A DNA stretch of 64,000 nucleotides from Podarcis erhardii. Its lineage: Eukaryota. Location of the stretch: the NCBI GenBank assembly GCA_964252035.1, contig OZ176210.1. One strand, 5' to 3'. The notes under the pieces are model-generated. The model searched no databases. It had not been told where the DNA came from and was given only the letters and a program-made list of their open reading frames with translations. The translations under genes were made by a program, and so were the position numbers. Positions 24,606 to 38,698 of this stretch are shown one piece after another; position 1 is the stretch's first letter; each line of letters opens with the position of its first letter.

Positions 24606-27600
24606 GTTTTTCTGTAGAGCAGTGATCATTTGAGTTGTAACCAATTGTCTATGTAAGATGCTAAAGCTGTTGCTACATGCTCTGGTTACCTGCAGTGTTT
24701 TCTCTAGATGGGGCAATAGCAGTGCAGCCCTGTAGCAGCTGTTCATGCACTCCTCCTAGTGGTGCAGGAATAAAACTGCTAGCACATTTGCAAAACTAAA
24801 CAGTCCAGTATGGTTTGACTCTCCCACTCCCTTGAAAGCGAGGAGGGAAAAGGAGATCGAAAAAGAGATATACAGTATGCAGTTCTTGTCGAACACAAAC
24901 TGGTGTTTTCCTGGAAAGAGCACCATTGGCTTATCCATGTGGTCTTTCCAGGCTTTAAGGTCCAGTATAGCATTAAATTGATGGCCGGAGTGGGGAGGAG
25001 GGGAGCGTTGACAAGTGTCTGCCAAGTTTTATACATCTCTACATTTAGTAATGGCTAGAAGTAATTAATTAGACATAAGGTAGGAACGTCCCAGAAAGAT
25101 AACAGCAGCTGACTGTCAGTATAATGTAGGGATAAATAGTAAGTACTTTTCTTGAAGTGTTCATTATATATTAGTAGCAAACGAAAAGCTAACATAGGCC
25201 CTTTGTTGTATCAATCATATGAAAATTCAGTCAGTATCTAGTTAGGACATTAACTCCAGTGTATTCCAGATGCTGGCTTAGTTTTTTAAAAGGCTTGCCT
25301 AGAGGCAGGCCTTAGCGTTCTTATTTTGGCTTTATACTGTGTGATTGTTCTTCATCAAACATACAAAAATGGTTTAACGGCCATTAAAACTAGCTTGAGA
25401 TGTTTAGTACTCAGCATATTCTCTGCTGCTCATATAACTGCCTCAAACAGAGGGTGGCTTCAGATATAGAGAAATGGTGACAGAATGCCTGATTAACATG
25501 GCGTTAATTGTTTGTGCTTCCTGAATCAAGTATACTGTTGATGAAGTCAGTTTTCTGAATGCTGGATCTTATGTACTACGCATGCATAAGAGGAGAGTTA
25601 TCAGCAGACTAGGGGGACCCTAGGAAATTAGGAAAATAATCCTAGTTGGGGAGAGTGGTAAAGTCCAATATAGCCTTATGAAGATTAAGCATGTTCGGCT
25701 GCCACAAAACATTGGCCAACTATCGAGGAGAGGAAGAGAAATGGAAAACTTGCTGGGAGAAGAATGGAATGGAGTCCTGAACAGGAGCACTCCACACTTC
25801 GACATTTTGTAGTATACAAATTGAGAACTTGTACATTGCTGCATTGTACATGAACATGGGAAGTATGAAGCAACAGGGAAGATATACTCTTTCATATAAA
25901 AGGCAGGAGAACTAGAGTGATTGGGAAGAATTTTATGGTCTTAAAATTGGGGTTTGGAGTAGAATTTCACTAGGGATGTACCACAGTGTAGAGTGGAATG
26001 AATTTGGGAAATAATTGGGTGGAGTGTGGGGAAGGATGTCCCCTAGATTAGAGGCACAGATGCAGAACCCTCCCTATCTCAAATATTCAGGGTGAGTAAG
26101 GTACACATTAAAAACTTCAGCAAAATAGAATAACATTCCATTGCTTTATAATATAACCATTATAAGTTGTCCAACATCTGATGACCAGTTAAAAACCAGT
26201 CCCAAAGAGGGTGACCTTTTGAAAAGGCTTCAAGCTTGGGACCTGCTTAGGGAGGACCTGTAACTTGCGGTGAGGAAGGCAGCCCCTGAGAATGCATCTT
26301 CTCAAACTTTTGCTATGTGGACCTCATACATAGGGGAAGGGGCACTAGTTAGTGGTTTACATGCTGAAGATCCCAACTTCAGTTTCTGGCATCTCCAGTC
26401 AAGTCTGGGACACACTACTACCTGGAAACCTTGGAGAACTGCTGCTAGGCATTGGGGACCTCTCATATTAATGATAGGATAAAATTGAAATGGCTTTAGG
26501 GTTATTGTTGCGGTCAGCATGTAGATAAGGGTTTTGGTTCCTTCCCTTCCCTTCCCTGTTTTTATTTTTACATAGTATTTCTAGTATCTGCTTATACCAC
26601 ATTTCTTCAGAAATGTGACTACTTTGGGTCTTCAGTTCATGAAGTCTCCACCTACTGCCTGCAAATCTAGCTCATTATCTTTCCATTCTCATGTCAATTC
26701 CTGTTCAGAATCTTTTTGTTTTCTGCTTTAGAAATTCCAGTACATGTTTCAGAAGCTTAAGACTTTGATTTTTTTTTTTAAATAAACTAATATTACATGG
26801 TGGCTCAACTGCATTATGAATACCTTTTAATTAGTGGAATTTCCTTGTTTCCCACTTACATAATCACTCTACTTTTACATAACATATAACTGATACCTAA
26901 TGCTGTATTGTGTGTTTAATATTCATTGGGAGCCGCCCAGAGTCGTTGGGGAAATGCAGCCAGATGGGCAGGGTATAAATAGATGATGATGATGATTATT
27001 ATTATTATTTACTGTTCTAGGACACAATTTTTTAGTCATTTTTTAATTGTGTGTGAATCACAGCTGGTTGGTTGTCGTGGACTTTTATTTGCCAACTGCC
27101 CAATCATTAGCTTGACTCTTTAAACATTCTGCAGGTCATGCATTAAGTCCAGAAGTCCTTTTTTGGGACAGTCACGTTCATGTGGTAAACTGTTTTTAAA
27201 GATTACTATGACAAAGTGATTCAAGGGCTGTCATCATTTACAGTATGTGAAGTGATAAAAGTGATGATTTGAGGCATGCCTATTCATATTATCTGTAGGA
27301 GCATTATGAGAAAATGTTCTACCTCTTAGCTAAACCTAAAGTCAAATTTGCTACCTCTTTGGAAATGGCCCTCCACTCAGTTGTCAATTGGGGATCAAAA
27401 CAAGATTTGGAGTACATCAAACACACAATATTTCCTTACCAGCATGCTGAACCACTTAGCCCATAAATGTGTAACAGATGTGTTTTGAGTCCAAGTCTAT
27501 CATAGGGTGGAACACACAGTAATTACCTTCTGGTGGAGCTAAAAGAAAGATGTAGGAAAAATGAGGCTGTTATGATTGAACTCAAGTTGTGAGATCATTG

Positions 27601-30600
27601 CAGTGATGCTTCTAATTGGATTTCAATTTTTTTATTCAAGTATTTCCAAAACTTCAACTTAAAAAAATATATATTCAAAAACAATAATATAGAGTCCCTG
27701 AAACACATTTGAACTAAATCTAGTTAATGGATAGACCAGAATTTTTTGCAGGTTTTCTCATTTCATAACCCATTATTTTTAAGAGAGAACCTCAGTTTAA
27801 ATTAGAACTTTTTGGACAACTGAAATCTGTGGAAACTGCTAATTATAACCCTGTTAATGTGGATCAGAGAATTGAACAAATAACCCTATTGAATGCCATG
27901 GCAAAATGGAAAAGATCAGTTATTTTCAGTGTGTCTCACTTTCAAACAATTGACTGTCCTTTTAACTGAAAATATTTTTCTTTTCTCCCTCATGTTAAGT
28001 GGGTGGTCATAATTTATAGTCTTACAGGGAGCAGAGAAGATTAAAATATCAACAAAATATGGATTGCACCAAGATCCACATTGCTTGTCAGTCTGCAACT
28101 ACACAGTCTCCCACCTAAAATAATTTCTGTGCGTTGCTTGATAAAGTTGGTGGGAAATGACTACAATTGTTAACCTGGAGATTCCAAGTTCTGGGATTGT
28201 GAACATCTTTCAGGATTTGTTGAAATCTGAATTGGGGTTAGAAAAAAAGTGGACAATGACATGTCTTCTTCATCTCAGACACATATTGTGTCCAGTTCAG
28301 ATAAATCTTGTAGCTCTAGGTATCCTGCGTTTTTCAAAAGTAATTAATCTGTTAAGAAAGATTTATAGACCACTTAATCACAGAACTGTTGAAGCAGTCT
28401 GCAGTACCTAGTTGCTATTCATACCTTTGGATGTTATTGCCTAACCAGGAAAAGCTTCAGCACAAGTAACACTTGGAGTGAGGGGAATACAAAGGTATAA
28501 CTTGCAATCCAGAAAGATGGGTATGCACGTGTCTACTGACCGCCTCACTTCTTGAAGCAGCAGACACTCATTCCATAAACTATTAGATACTGTTTTTGAG
28601 ATTTCCTTAAGATAGGGTGGGGGGGTTGAGAGATAGGACTGCTGTTTGACCAACACAAATCGAAAGGTTTTTTCTTTTGATTTTTGGGTGACATTGTGTA
28701 GTTAAGTATATAGATGCTTAGGACTAAATTCCATTGAATTCAGTGCACCTTCTGAGTCAATTTGCATAGGATTGGGTTGTACTATTTAGTGGTATATATG
28801 TTGCATTAATATCAAATGAACTGTAGAATTATTGCTTTTTAACAGGCATTTCCATTGCCTCTGAGAACCCTTTTGTAGTGTCAAAACATCCTATGAATAT
28901 TACACATACTCTTGGTTACACTTTACTTGATTATTTTCCCTACCATGAGTTCCTTATATCTTCTTTTAAAGGTGTCAAAGCCTTTACTTGTTTAAGGGAG
29001 CATAGTGTAAGATGAACACTACATAGTGGATCTTCATAGTCTAAAGATCTCTTTCAGAACAAGAAATGTTCTTTCTCCCAGCCTGAATTGTAGAAAATGT
29101 GTTCAGATTGTAAATAGGGACCTTTGTGGTGGTACTCTAGAATAATGGTTGTAGTCTATTGCATTTTGAGACTGGAATTATAGTGGTGCCTGCTAGGATC
29201 ATTACAATTAACATTGTACAAGTGTTTTAAATATTTGAATGTTTATTTCAGTCAACATTGATAAATTTGATCATGATTGAAAATCCTATTGAATATACAC
29301 ATATTTTAAAATTGATAGAAACTCATCTCTTTAAAAATATGAAATCTACATTGTGAATTAGTTTATGAATTATTCTAGAATATAGCAGCATGGCTAATAT
29401 GTATATATGTGCAATCTTATGAAGTTCATACTAACACTTTGCTGGTTCTGATCCTTCAAGAGGAACTGTCAATATGTTACTATTCTTTCACCAGCTTTCA
29501 AGAGTAGGACAGTTATTTTAGTCATATTCACACTAGGGGTGTGAATATGGGGTGATCATTACCATCTGGGGTGAATAAACAAAGCTTCTTGTTTAAAAAA
29601 GCATGTGTCACTACAGTAGTAAGATTATCAGCCATGTTGTTGATGGTCCCCCCCCCAAAAAAAAAAACAATGAGGAAAATTTTGGTATATAAGTATGAAG
29701 ATGACAGCTCACACCTTGGCCTTGATCTGAAAAATTAGATTTTTCCTCATAATATTTAGATCTGTATCTCTGTTATTATTTCAATACATTATGGATCTTT
29801 CCAGGTCAGTTTGTACCCTCTTGAGTCCAAATAGAGCAAAAGATGTGAAATGTCTAGCCCCAAACTAGGTAGCACATATTTTTGACTTTTGTAGGGATGG
29901 GGGGTGGAGAAGGTTGTTGTGTGTGAAAACTATGAATTATTGGTAGAGATGAAAGGATCTGCCAATTTTACTTGTGTCAATTTTTAATTTTTCCATTCTT
30001 CACTTCAGTTCTCTACATTTCTGCAGCAATTTGTGACCCCCACCCCAAAAAAAATCACCTTGAAAAATATTTAGCATTTTAGTGCTAGGCCACTTTCTCT
30101 CATATATATATATATTAGCAAACATTGATTGGAGAACTGCATAACAAAATTTTAAAAGTGTGAATTTCAAACAATGACTGTGTTTTGGTTCTCATATTGT
30201 TTCAAAAAGTGTAAATTTGAGATATTCAGCTTTAAATAGTAATTCAGTTGAATTTCTCCCCCATCCCTAACTGATGGCCAGAATGGCTGGTTATTTTCCT
30301 AGGGCACAGGAAAAGCTACCTCATTTATTTGCTCCAGATATTAATGATCACCCCTTCTGGCCAATAAACTATCTATTAAAGCTCAGTTCTCAGGATTTTG
30401 TGGCAGCTGGTTTCTGTATTAGGGGCCATATTCCATGATCCACAAGACAGTCTCTGTGTAGAGGCCAAAATGCCCTGTGCATTATTATCCATGCCATGAA
30501 TCCTTGTTCCCAAATCCAGCAGCTTCATGAAAAACACCTTCCATGTAGTTAGGTTCTTCTGTTTAATTTTTGCTTTCATTCTCAGCAATATATTGCAGCA

Positions 30601-30912
30601 TTCATTTCATGGTTTTTCTCATGGGAACAGTACAGTTTTTAGCCTGTTTCAGTTGGCACTTATCACAGCGGCCAACTAGAAGCTGTGCAAGCACAGAACT
30701 GCTGCTGCTTGTCTTTCATTTTAGTCCCTGTTCTAGTAAGAAACGAAAGGGGGGTGGGGAGAGAGAAGCTAAATTTAAAGTTAGAAGAATACAATTGGAG
30801 CAGCAGCAGATTTCAGGATATGGAAGGAAAGCAGCACTGCCACGTTGTTACTCACAAACAGGTGCATTTTCTATAAGTGGGGTAACAGTTATGCACTTTG
30901 TATGTAGTAAAA

Positions 30913-31239
30913 GGGATGCGGGTGGCGCTGTGGTGTAAACTTGCCAATTGGCAGTTCGAATCCCTGCAACAGGGTGAGTTCCTGTTGTTCAGTCCCTGCT
31001 CCTGCCAACCTAGCAGTTTGAAAGCACGTCAAAGCGCAAGTAGATAAATAGGTACCGCTCCGGTGGGAAGAAACAGCGTTTCTGTGCGCTGCTCTGGTTT
31101 CGCCAGAAGCGGCTTGGTCATGCTGGCCACATGACCTGGAAAAACTGCCGACAAACATCGGCTCCCTCGGCCAGTAAAGTGAAATGATCACTGCAACCCC
31201 AGAGTTGTTCGCGACTGGACTTAACTGTCAGGGGTCCTT
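30913..31239 (+). mobile_element. Sauria SINE (tRNA-derived head, BovB-related tail)
   Basis: gggatgcgggtggcgctgtgg head, B-box-like gttcgaatccc, tail ...caggggtccttt; TSD tatgtagtaaaa(gg) at 30901 and 31240. Confidence 0.85.
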
Positions 31240-31419
31240 TATGTAGTAAAAGGAAATTCTGCAAATATATCAAAATTGAAAATGCACACACACAAACATA
31301 GAAGAGGGACATAGCAGAGGTCTTTATGATAGCAATACTTGAGTTAATAATGATCTGATAAAAACCCTTATGAAGTTGTAACTGTGACCAGAGCAAAGAA
31401 GGCAGCTGATCCATAATTA

Positions 31420-31545
31420 TAGAACAGAACTGTAGTGTTGAAGGGACCCCAAGGGTCATCTGATCCAACCCCATGTAATGCAGGAATCTCAACTACATCA
31501 TACATGACAAATGACCATCGAACCTCTGCTTAAAACCCTCAAAGG
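31420..31545 (-). mobile_element. CR1 LINE 3' fragment
   Basis: atagaacagaactgtagtgttgaagggaccccaagggtcatctgatccaacccc is the reverse complement of a CR1 3' end. Confidence 0.7.
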
Positions 31546-34500
31546 AAGTTGGAATCTAGCAATATTGGAAGGGCCACAGTTTCCCCATCCCTGCTTTGCA
31601 TGATATGATTGAAGTAACAGGCTAAATATGTCCCTTTGAAAGGTTTCCCATCATCAGCCTGCTTGGCTACTCATTTGCCATCAAGTGTTAAATTAATAGA
31701 GAAACAATTTATACTCCTGTTGGTTAAGGCACTACTGTTACTATTTTGAATGCTAATATATGATGTTACAATAACCAAGTATTTGGAAAGCTTCATTCTT
31801 TGGAGGCTAGTAAGATGGTACAGTCTATGCTGTGAAATGTCTATTGCAGATTTCTCATTTGAATGTATTCTTCTTTGGGTTGGGTTATAAAGCAGATAAT
31901 TCTGCAATAAAGTCTTATGTCCTGAGCCAATGATCAGATTCAGAAGTACAATTCAGACATTAATGGAATTCCACAGTTCTGTAATGGCTTCCTTATTAAG
32001 TCCAATGGAGGGAGCCATCTTGGTTATGTCTCTCTCTGGGTTCTGCAAACTAAAAATTACAAAGTTAAAATTATAACGTTTTACATGATGCATGGTGCCA
32101 GCATATCAACTAAATTCTGTTTTGTGTTAAGCATTAGTGATGAAAATACAGACCCACTGGACTGAAGTCAGTGGATTCATTCTTGATTTATATCTCGAGT
32201 AGGAAATGGAAATGAAATGTAGCCAAAGATTTCTTAGCAGGACTGCTAACATATAGGATTTGTTTAAATTGGATGGTTTTAAGCTTTAACCATGTTTATA
32301 TATTGATGTATGTTTATATTCATTAAAGCGTTCACTTCTATCCTGGACTTCAGTGCACACAATGTTAATGTATATTTTCAGGAGTAAGTAAACATTTGAC
32401 ATCCATTAAAAGGATGGTAATGCTTATAACAGTACATCTTTATCAAGAAACAATTTATGGAACATATAGAAAACATTGGTGTGTAAACTTTGTATACCAG
32501 ATGTCTATGTGGACTATATATTTTATTTACGTTTCAGTTTTAAAAGTGTTATTCTATTTCTTTCATATTCATATTGTTTTTGGAACATTTTACTTCCTTT
32601 TCTTTCATGGTTACTTCTTTGGCAGGCTTGAATGTGTTTATGCTAGGTAATAAATGCAGGCTTCCTTTTATTCTGCCAGCCCAATAGCTCCCATTGCAAG
32701 AATCAACAGCCAATGACCTTGTGTCAGTTACTGCTCTGCACTGTCTCTCAGGTGCCAGCCTAAAGTCATTTTCTGTTTTCCTCCATGTTTCTTGAAACAA
32801 CTTGTCAAATTTGTGGAGAGGGGAACAGGAAATCTTTTCATTTCACCTTTCTCTTGTCTAGCACACCCTCTTTTTTGCAAACATACTTGAAGCTAGTGCT
32901 AGTCAGTGTTATTACTTGTGTTGGTCTGTTGCCCTCCACGTCTCAATTTGGTTTTTAGGAAAAATGATGTACTGATCATAGCTCTTTAGCTTGAGATGCG
33001 TACAGTGTTTTCTTATCGCTATCTGATATATTGGTTTCTAATCATGTAGATTTAAAAAAAGAAAAGCATTGCACATAACTGTAATTCAGTGATTATGTAT
33101 ATGTGTATAAAAAGTAATTCAAGCTTCAGATGCTTTTGTGTTGTTGGGTAAGTTGATTATGGAACCTCTGAAAAGGTTTGGTTGGGAGAGATGTTTACAT
33201 AAAATGATACTGAAAGAGATTCAGATATGTTTTGCACTTGGAAGTTATCCTTCTGCATTTGAATTCTGAAATACAAATGGAAAAATACTTATCAAAGTTA
33301 TGGGGGAGAAAAACTTTTGACTTGTGACAGCTGCATTTGTTTATAGATTTCTATCTGTAAAATCCCGGTGTAATTTGATCGCATATGGACAGCTGTTTGA
33401 ATTCTCATATAAAACCATACTCCAAACAGTTTGCCTCCCGCTTGACAAGAATATGATATATGTCAGAGCAAACATTTTTCTTCACAGTAATAATTACTTT
33501 GATAGCAGAAAACAGGCTTGCTAGTCTTATAAGCATTATTTTGTGTTATTATGTTCTGATGTCATTGTAACACTTGGTCCACTTTCTTGTTTGTATTCCA
33601 GCACACTTAGCAATAATTTTAAAAATTAGTTTTAGTGTGGGTCATATTATGATTATAGCCATAGGTATAATCATATAAAGGTAAGTAACCTTCCATAGGG
33701 GTAATAACTGACTGCATTGCTATTTTTGTATTCCCAAAATTCTTCATTCAGTGGAATCCTTTGAATTCCAGTTTTATTTTAGATATATAACAGGTTTATA
33801 GCCCATAAAGTTGCAGGTATCTGTATGTTTAAAAGGTAAATATGAGGGTTACAGTTGGTTCCTAAGTCACAGCAGAATCAGAACATGTGACCTAGAATAA
33901 TGCAGAAACCCCTGGTGATGATAGCAGTTAATACATTCCAGCTGTGTGAGCAGTTTGTAGTGATGAGGCAGGAACAGAAGCAAGTGGCAGGCAGTTGAGA
34001 AAGTATGTCGGTGAGTAGTTCAATCCAACTAAGAGTGGGGAGTTGCTCAGAGTAAACAGCTGGAAAATGTTCTGAGAGCTTATAGTGGAAAGTGAAGCAC
34101 CACTGGTTCCTTGAATCTTTTGGTAGACAGAAATCAAGTTTGCTAGCAGCCAGGGTATTTGAGAGGGTGGAAGTCCCAGGGCCAGCAGAGACCCCCAGAC
34201 TCTGGGCTTTCTTTTTCTTTTAAAGTAAATCTCTAACACTTGTAGAATGGAAGCTTATGAAGCAAAATGTGCCGGGACAGCTTAATTACAGGGTGTGCTT
34301 GGGGGAAGGAAAGGGGAACTCCATTGGGGCTGGTACACTGTCCTTGTGTACAGCTTCCACTGATGGGGCAGGTTAGGTGAAACCCACCCTATATTTTTTA
34401 CTAGATTCAGACAATATACATGGAGCTTCCAGGTTCTTTTGGAAGGAGCTTTCTGGCTCATTTTGAAGAAGTTTTTTTTTTTAATTTTTTCCTTGTAGAA

Positions 34501-35864
34501 AAGTGAGTGTTGCCCAGTGAAATAAATTAGAAATCCAGGATTTTTCTTCAGGTGTAGTGCCTCAATGGTAACAAGAGTGCAGCTTCTGAGAGTTCCTTGC
34601 TACTGCCCTCAGCTTTCTCTCTGCCTTTTCCAACTTGCAACTTCCTCTCCATCATTTCCATTCCCTGATGGAAGAGGGTTATTCCTCAAAAGATTCTCAA
34701 AGATAGGTCTTCACTATATTATCTCATACCATTTAATGCAATTTGTAGATTGCAATATAATTCATTTCCAGATTTGCATTGCATACATTCCTGCGAATGG
34801 ACATCCCACCTTTAATTTCATTAAGTGACCAAATTCTTGTTAAACTTTCATCTAGTGCTGATTTTATCCCCAAAGAAAAAGAATTTGATAAAAAAATTAA
34901 CAGCCTGGAATTTTTTAAATCCCAAAACAGTTGCACAATTTACCTGTAAGAGAGAGGCAGGAGAATTTGTTCTTACTCCTATTTCTTTGTATGCATGTCA
35001 CCAGAGCCAAACATTGATTATCCAACTCAGAATATAATACTGTGCACTGTAATCTTGTTGTAAAGTTAATGATGTAATACTACATTAGAAAAATGGTCAT
35101 TAGATTATGGGCTTTATTTAGTCTGCTAGCAGGTTCTTCGATATTTCTTATTAAATTTTGCCTCAGACATTCAGATAAAAGACAATAAATCCATTTTTGT
35201 ATTATATTTAATTTTTTGAACATTTTATTGTCCAGAAGGGCACGTTATTTTTTTAAAAAAAATATTCAAATATATTGAACTATTTTATCCAGGTACATTA
35301 ATTTTTCACTAAGATCTACCCTGCTCCATGTGTGTTTGTTTGTTTGTTTGTTTGTGTGCATGCATTATAGCAGTTCCTCATAGAGACTAACAAGCTGTTT
35401 GTGCACAGTAGTGTCTCAGATATCCTGTGTCTGGGGAATAGGTGGTTGGTCTTGAAATGTAAATGTTTTTGGTGTTTTGTGAATATTTGTTCATGTCACA
35501 ATATCACAATAAAACATATTGTTAGCTACAGAACTGGGAACAGGTAGTTGGGGCTAGAAAGTACAGACTGCACTGCTCACATGAAAAATTAACAGTTACT
35601 AATGAAATGCAGCCTCCCTTTGAGAACAGAACCCAGATAATCAAATTATTTTTGGGAGACACAACTTCTCAATGGACAGGAACACCTATATCTTTATTAA
35701 ACATTCTAAAGCTGGAGAATTAAGAATCTGCAAAATGAACCACATCAGTAAAATTTGATTCATCCCATTCACATGATCTTATGACAATTTACTTTCACTC
35801 AGATCAATGGAAATGTGTTGACTTAACTAATAAGGTATTGTAGTGTGATTGATTTTGGCCTGCT

Positions 35865-36545
35865 TAGCATAGTTTGGATAGCTTTAAAGGGAGATTAGAT
35901 ACATCAATGGAGGGTAAGGCTATAACTGCCAGTAGCCATGATGGCTATATTGTCAAAGGCAATATGTCTCTGATTGCCAGTTGCTTCACAAGTGGAGACA
36001 GTTCTGTTGTGCTCAGTTCCTGCTTTCAGGCTTCCCATAGGTACAGTGGTGCCCCGCAAGACGAATGCCTCGCAAGACGGAAAACCCGCTAGACGAAAGG
36101 GTTTTCCGTTTTGGAGGTGCTTCGCAAAACGAATTTCCTATGGGCTTGCTTCACAAGACGAAAATGTCTTGTGAGTTCCTGCGGTTTTTTTTTCCTTTTC
36201 CCCACCTTTTTCTAAGCCGCTAAGCCACTTATCAGCTGATCTGCTAAGCCGCCTAGCCGCTTATCAGCTGATCCGCTAAACCGCTAAGCCGCTTATCAGC
36301 TGATCCGCTAAGCCGCTTAACAGCTGATCTGCTAAGCCGCTTATCAGCTGATCCGCTAAGCCGCTTATCAGCTGATCCGCTAAGCCGCTAATGGGCTTGC
36401 TTCGCAAGACGAAAAAACCGCAAGACGAAGAGACTCGCGGAACGGATTCTTTTCGTCTTGCGAGGCACCACTGTATATGGTTGGCCCCTGTGAAGACAGG
36501 ATGCTAGAAGAGCCATTGGCCGTATCCAGCAGCTCTTCTTATGTT
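35865..36545 (+). mobile_element. CR1-tailed SINE/LINE-end relic interrupted by a family B MITE
   Basis: ttggatagctttaaagggagattagat...cttcccatagg-[MITE]-tatggttggcccctgtgaagacaggatgct...cttatgttcttat; related copy at about 42850-43070. Confidence 0.6.
36044..36473 (+). mobile_element. MITE family B (430 bp) with internal 24-bp minisatellite
   Basis: Same TIRs, TA flanks; six taagccgcttatcagctgatccgc-type units at about 36212-36390; inserted in a SINE. Confidence 0.9.
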
Positions 36546-37669
36546 CTTATTGCCTTTATAAAGTTTACAAATTCAATTTGGGGTGTGCATAGCTAGTTTG
36601 GTGTGTATTGCTATGTCTGTCACCCAGGCAACAACTGGAGAAAACTCGTCAGACTTCCCTGAAAGGTGTCAGGAAGAAATTCTATCTTTCCTTTTCTAAG
36701 TAATGGAAATAATCCTTTATTAGCATGAGGAATAGAAACAGAATAAATTTCCCTGATTGGCTTTTTTCCCTGCATGCCTTCTAGTAATCTATAAGGATTT
36801 GTAATGTAGTGTTTCGTTCTTCAGTGCTGAAACATTTAGGATTTTAAAAGAAGTTGATCCAGTAAATCGTACACTCTTCGATGCTCATTCAGGTCTGGCT
36901 GGAGTGTCCAGAGACTATTCATCTATTCTATAACAAATTTGGATGTCTTGAAATGGCTTGAACAAGGAGTTTAGGCTATAATCCTGTAGCCATTTTCCTG
37001 CATATACGCCCCATTAAATTAATTTGGACTTATTTTTTAGTAGGTGTGTAGATGAGTGCACCAACAGATTCAGAGACTTTCTATCAGATACCCTTTTGGT
37101 TAGAAGAAAGTCTATCCTATTCCTTACGATTTTTGTACAAAATATATTTTGTACATTTATTGTGCCCTCAAAGAAGAAATAGTGCAAAACATGCTGGGCC
37201 TGAAATAAATCTTTAATTGAGTGCACAGAGAGGTTTTTTCCCACCTTTTTCTCATTACAGGAATCGGGAATATCCATTTGGGGTGGTGCTACAGTAACAC
37301 CTGTTTAGGGAGAATCCTATTTATTTGGAGGCTGTTGTGGGCTAAGGGGTGGCAGGTAGCACCATTAGGGCTATAGCTGGATGGAAGGTGAATACCAACT
37401 TGAGTATCCCCTGTTGTTCTGTTCTCATGTCTCACTACAGAGTATCATTCACCTACAAAGCACTCTTGATCTCATAATTTTCAGGCTTTGTGACGCATGC
37501 GCACAATTCTTAATAGTGGGTGATTGTAGTATTCACATTTAGAATAAATCTGCCACAAACCCCAAGCAATGTCAAACACATCTTGATATTTTTAACCCCC
37601 TTTTACTCATTTGAGTGATCACTTGATTTAAAATTATAAATTAGCACTCATTGTTATTGCTAGTATCTA

Positions 37670-37917
37670 CTGTGGTACCTCGTGTTACATACTGTCCCCC
37701 TTATGAATGCTTCATATGAATGTTACTCGCTCCGCTAACCCGGAAGTAGATGCCTCTTGTTGCAAACTTTGCCTCGGGATGTGAGAGGAAGTCGTGCTCC
37801 GGCGGCGCGGCAGCAGCGGGAGGCGCCATTAGCGAAAGCACGCCTCATGTTACGAGCAGTTTCTGGTTGTGAACGGACCTCCGGAACGGATAAAGTTTGT
37901 AACCGGAAGTGTCACTA
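37670..37917 (+). mobile_element. Diverged MITE related to family A
   Basis: Degenerate ends (ctgtggtacctcgtgttac...); shared interior motifs ctccgctaaccc, ggcagcagcgggaggc and gaacggacctccggaacg. Confidence 0.7.
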
Positions 37918-38179
37918 TAGTTGTCAAGCCATTGTTCCAATGCACTTTGCCACTCCAATATTTTTTGTAGGTACCACTTGTTCCCTCTTACACCCAACGT
38001 GGGTGGTGGCCATATTTGGGGGACACCTTAGGTATAGAGAAGGATATTGGTTTGTAATTTAAAATAAAAACTCAAGAATTAGCAGCTTCTAGAACCTGTT
38101 TATGTTTAGGGTGTCAGCTGGTGCAGTGTGAGGTATGAAGGATAATGGAAAGGGAGAGAGAAAGTTGGTTGCTTTGATA

Positions 38180-38472
38180 CCAGGCTTGCTTGTTGAGCAC
38201 ACTGCTTTATGGAAGTGAGCCGTGGGCAACTTACAACCACCAGGAGCAATCCCTCCACATTCTCTGCATCAGGAGTATTTTGGGTATCACATTCACATTC
38301 CTGTCTGAGCTATGTCTATGCTGCCTTGGCCATGTCCACAAATGGAAGATGGCAGGATCTCCAAGGACATATTTTATGGGGAGCTCGCTTCAGGCACCAG
38401 GCCCGTTTGCAGAAAATATGTCTGCAAACGTGATATGAAGGCTGGCAACATCAACTCTGCCATGTGGGAATA
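38180..38472 (+). mobile_element. Degenerate RTE-clade LINE 3' ORF fragment (continues after the MITE at about 38701)
   Basis: Frameshifted LLYGSEPW...CIRSILGI and MEDGRISKDIFYGEL...KYVCKRDMK, typical of the RTE ORF C-terminus. Confidence 0.75.
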
Positions 38473-38698
38473 CAGTGGTACCTTGGGTTTCATACGCTTC
38501 AGGTTAGAGACTCCGCTAACCCAGAAATAGTACTTCGGGTTAAGAACTTTGCTTCAGGATGAGAACAGAAATCGTGCTTCAGCAGTGCGGTGGCAGCGGG
38601 AGGCCCCATTAGCTACAGTGGTGCTTCAGGTTAAGAACAGTTTCAGGTTAAGAACGGACCTCCAGAACGAATTAAATACTTAACCCGAGGTACCACTG
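38473..38698 (+). mobile_element. MITE family A inserted in an RTE LINE relic
   Basis: TIRs and TA flanks; the host reads tgggaa-TA-ccttgcagac when the MITE is removed. Confidence 0.9.

Noticed and set aside
32380-32389. ttttcAG-GA-GTAAGT as a microexon or recursive splice site
   Set aside because: A 2-nt exon is implausible and it does not match the AG|GT zero-length recursive pattern.
36212-36390. CRISPR-like repeat array
   Set aside because: Eukaryotic context, units are contiguous with no unique spacers, and it sits inside a MITE.
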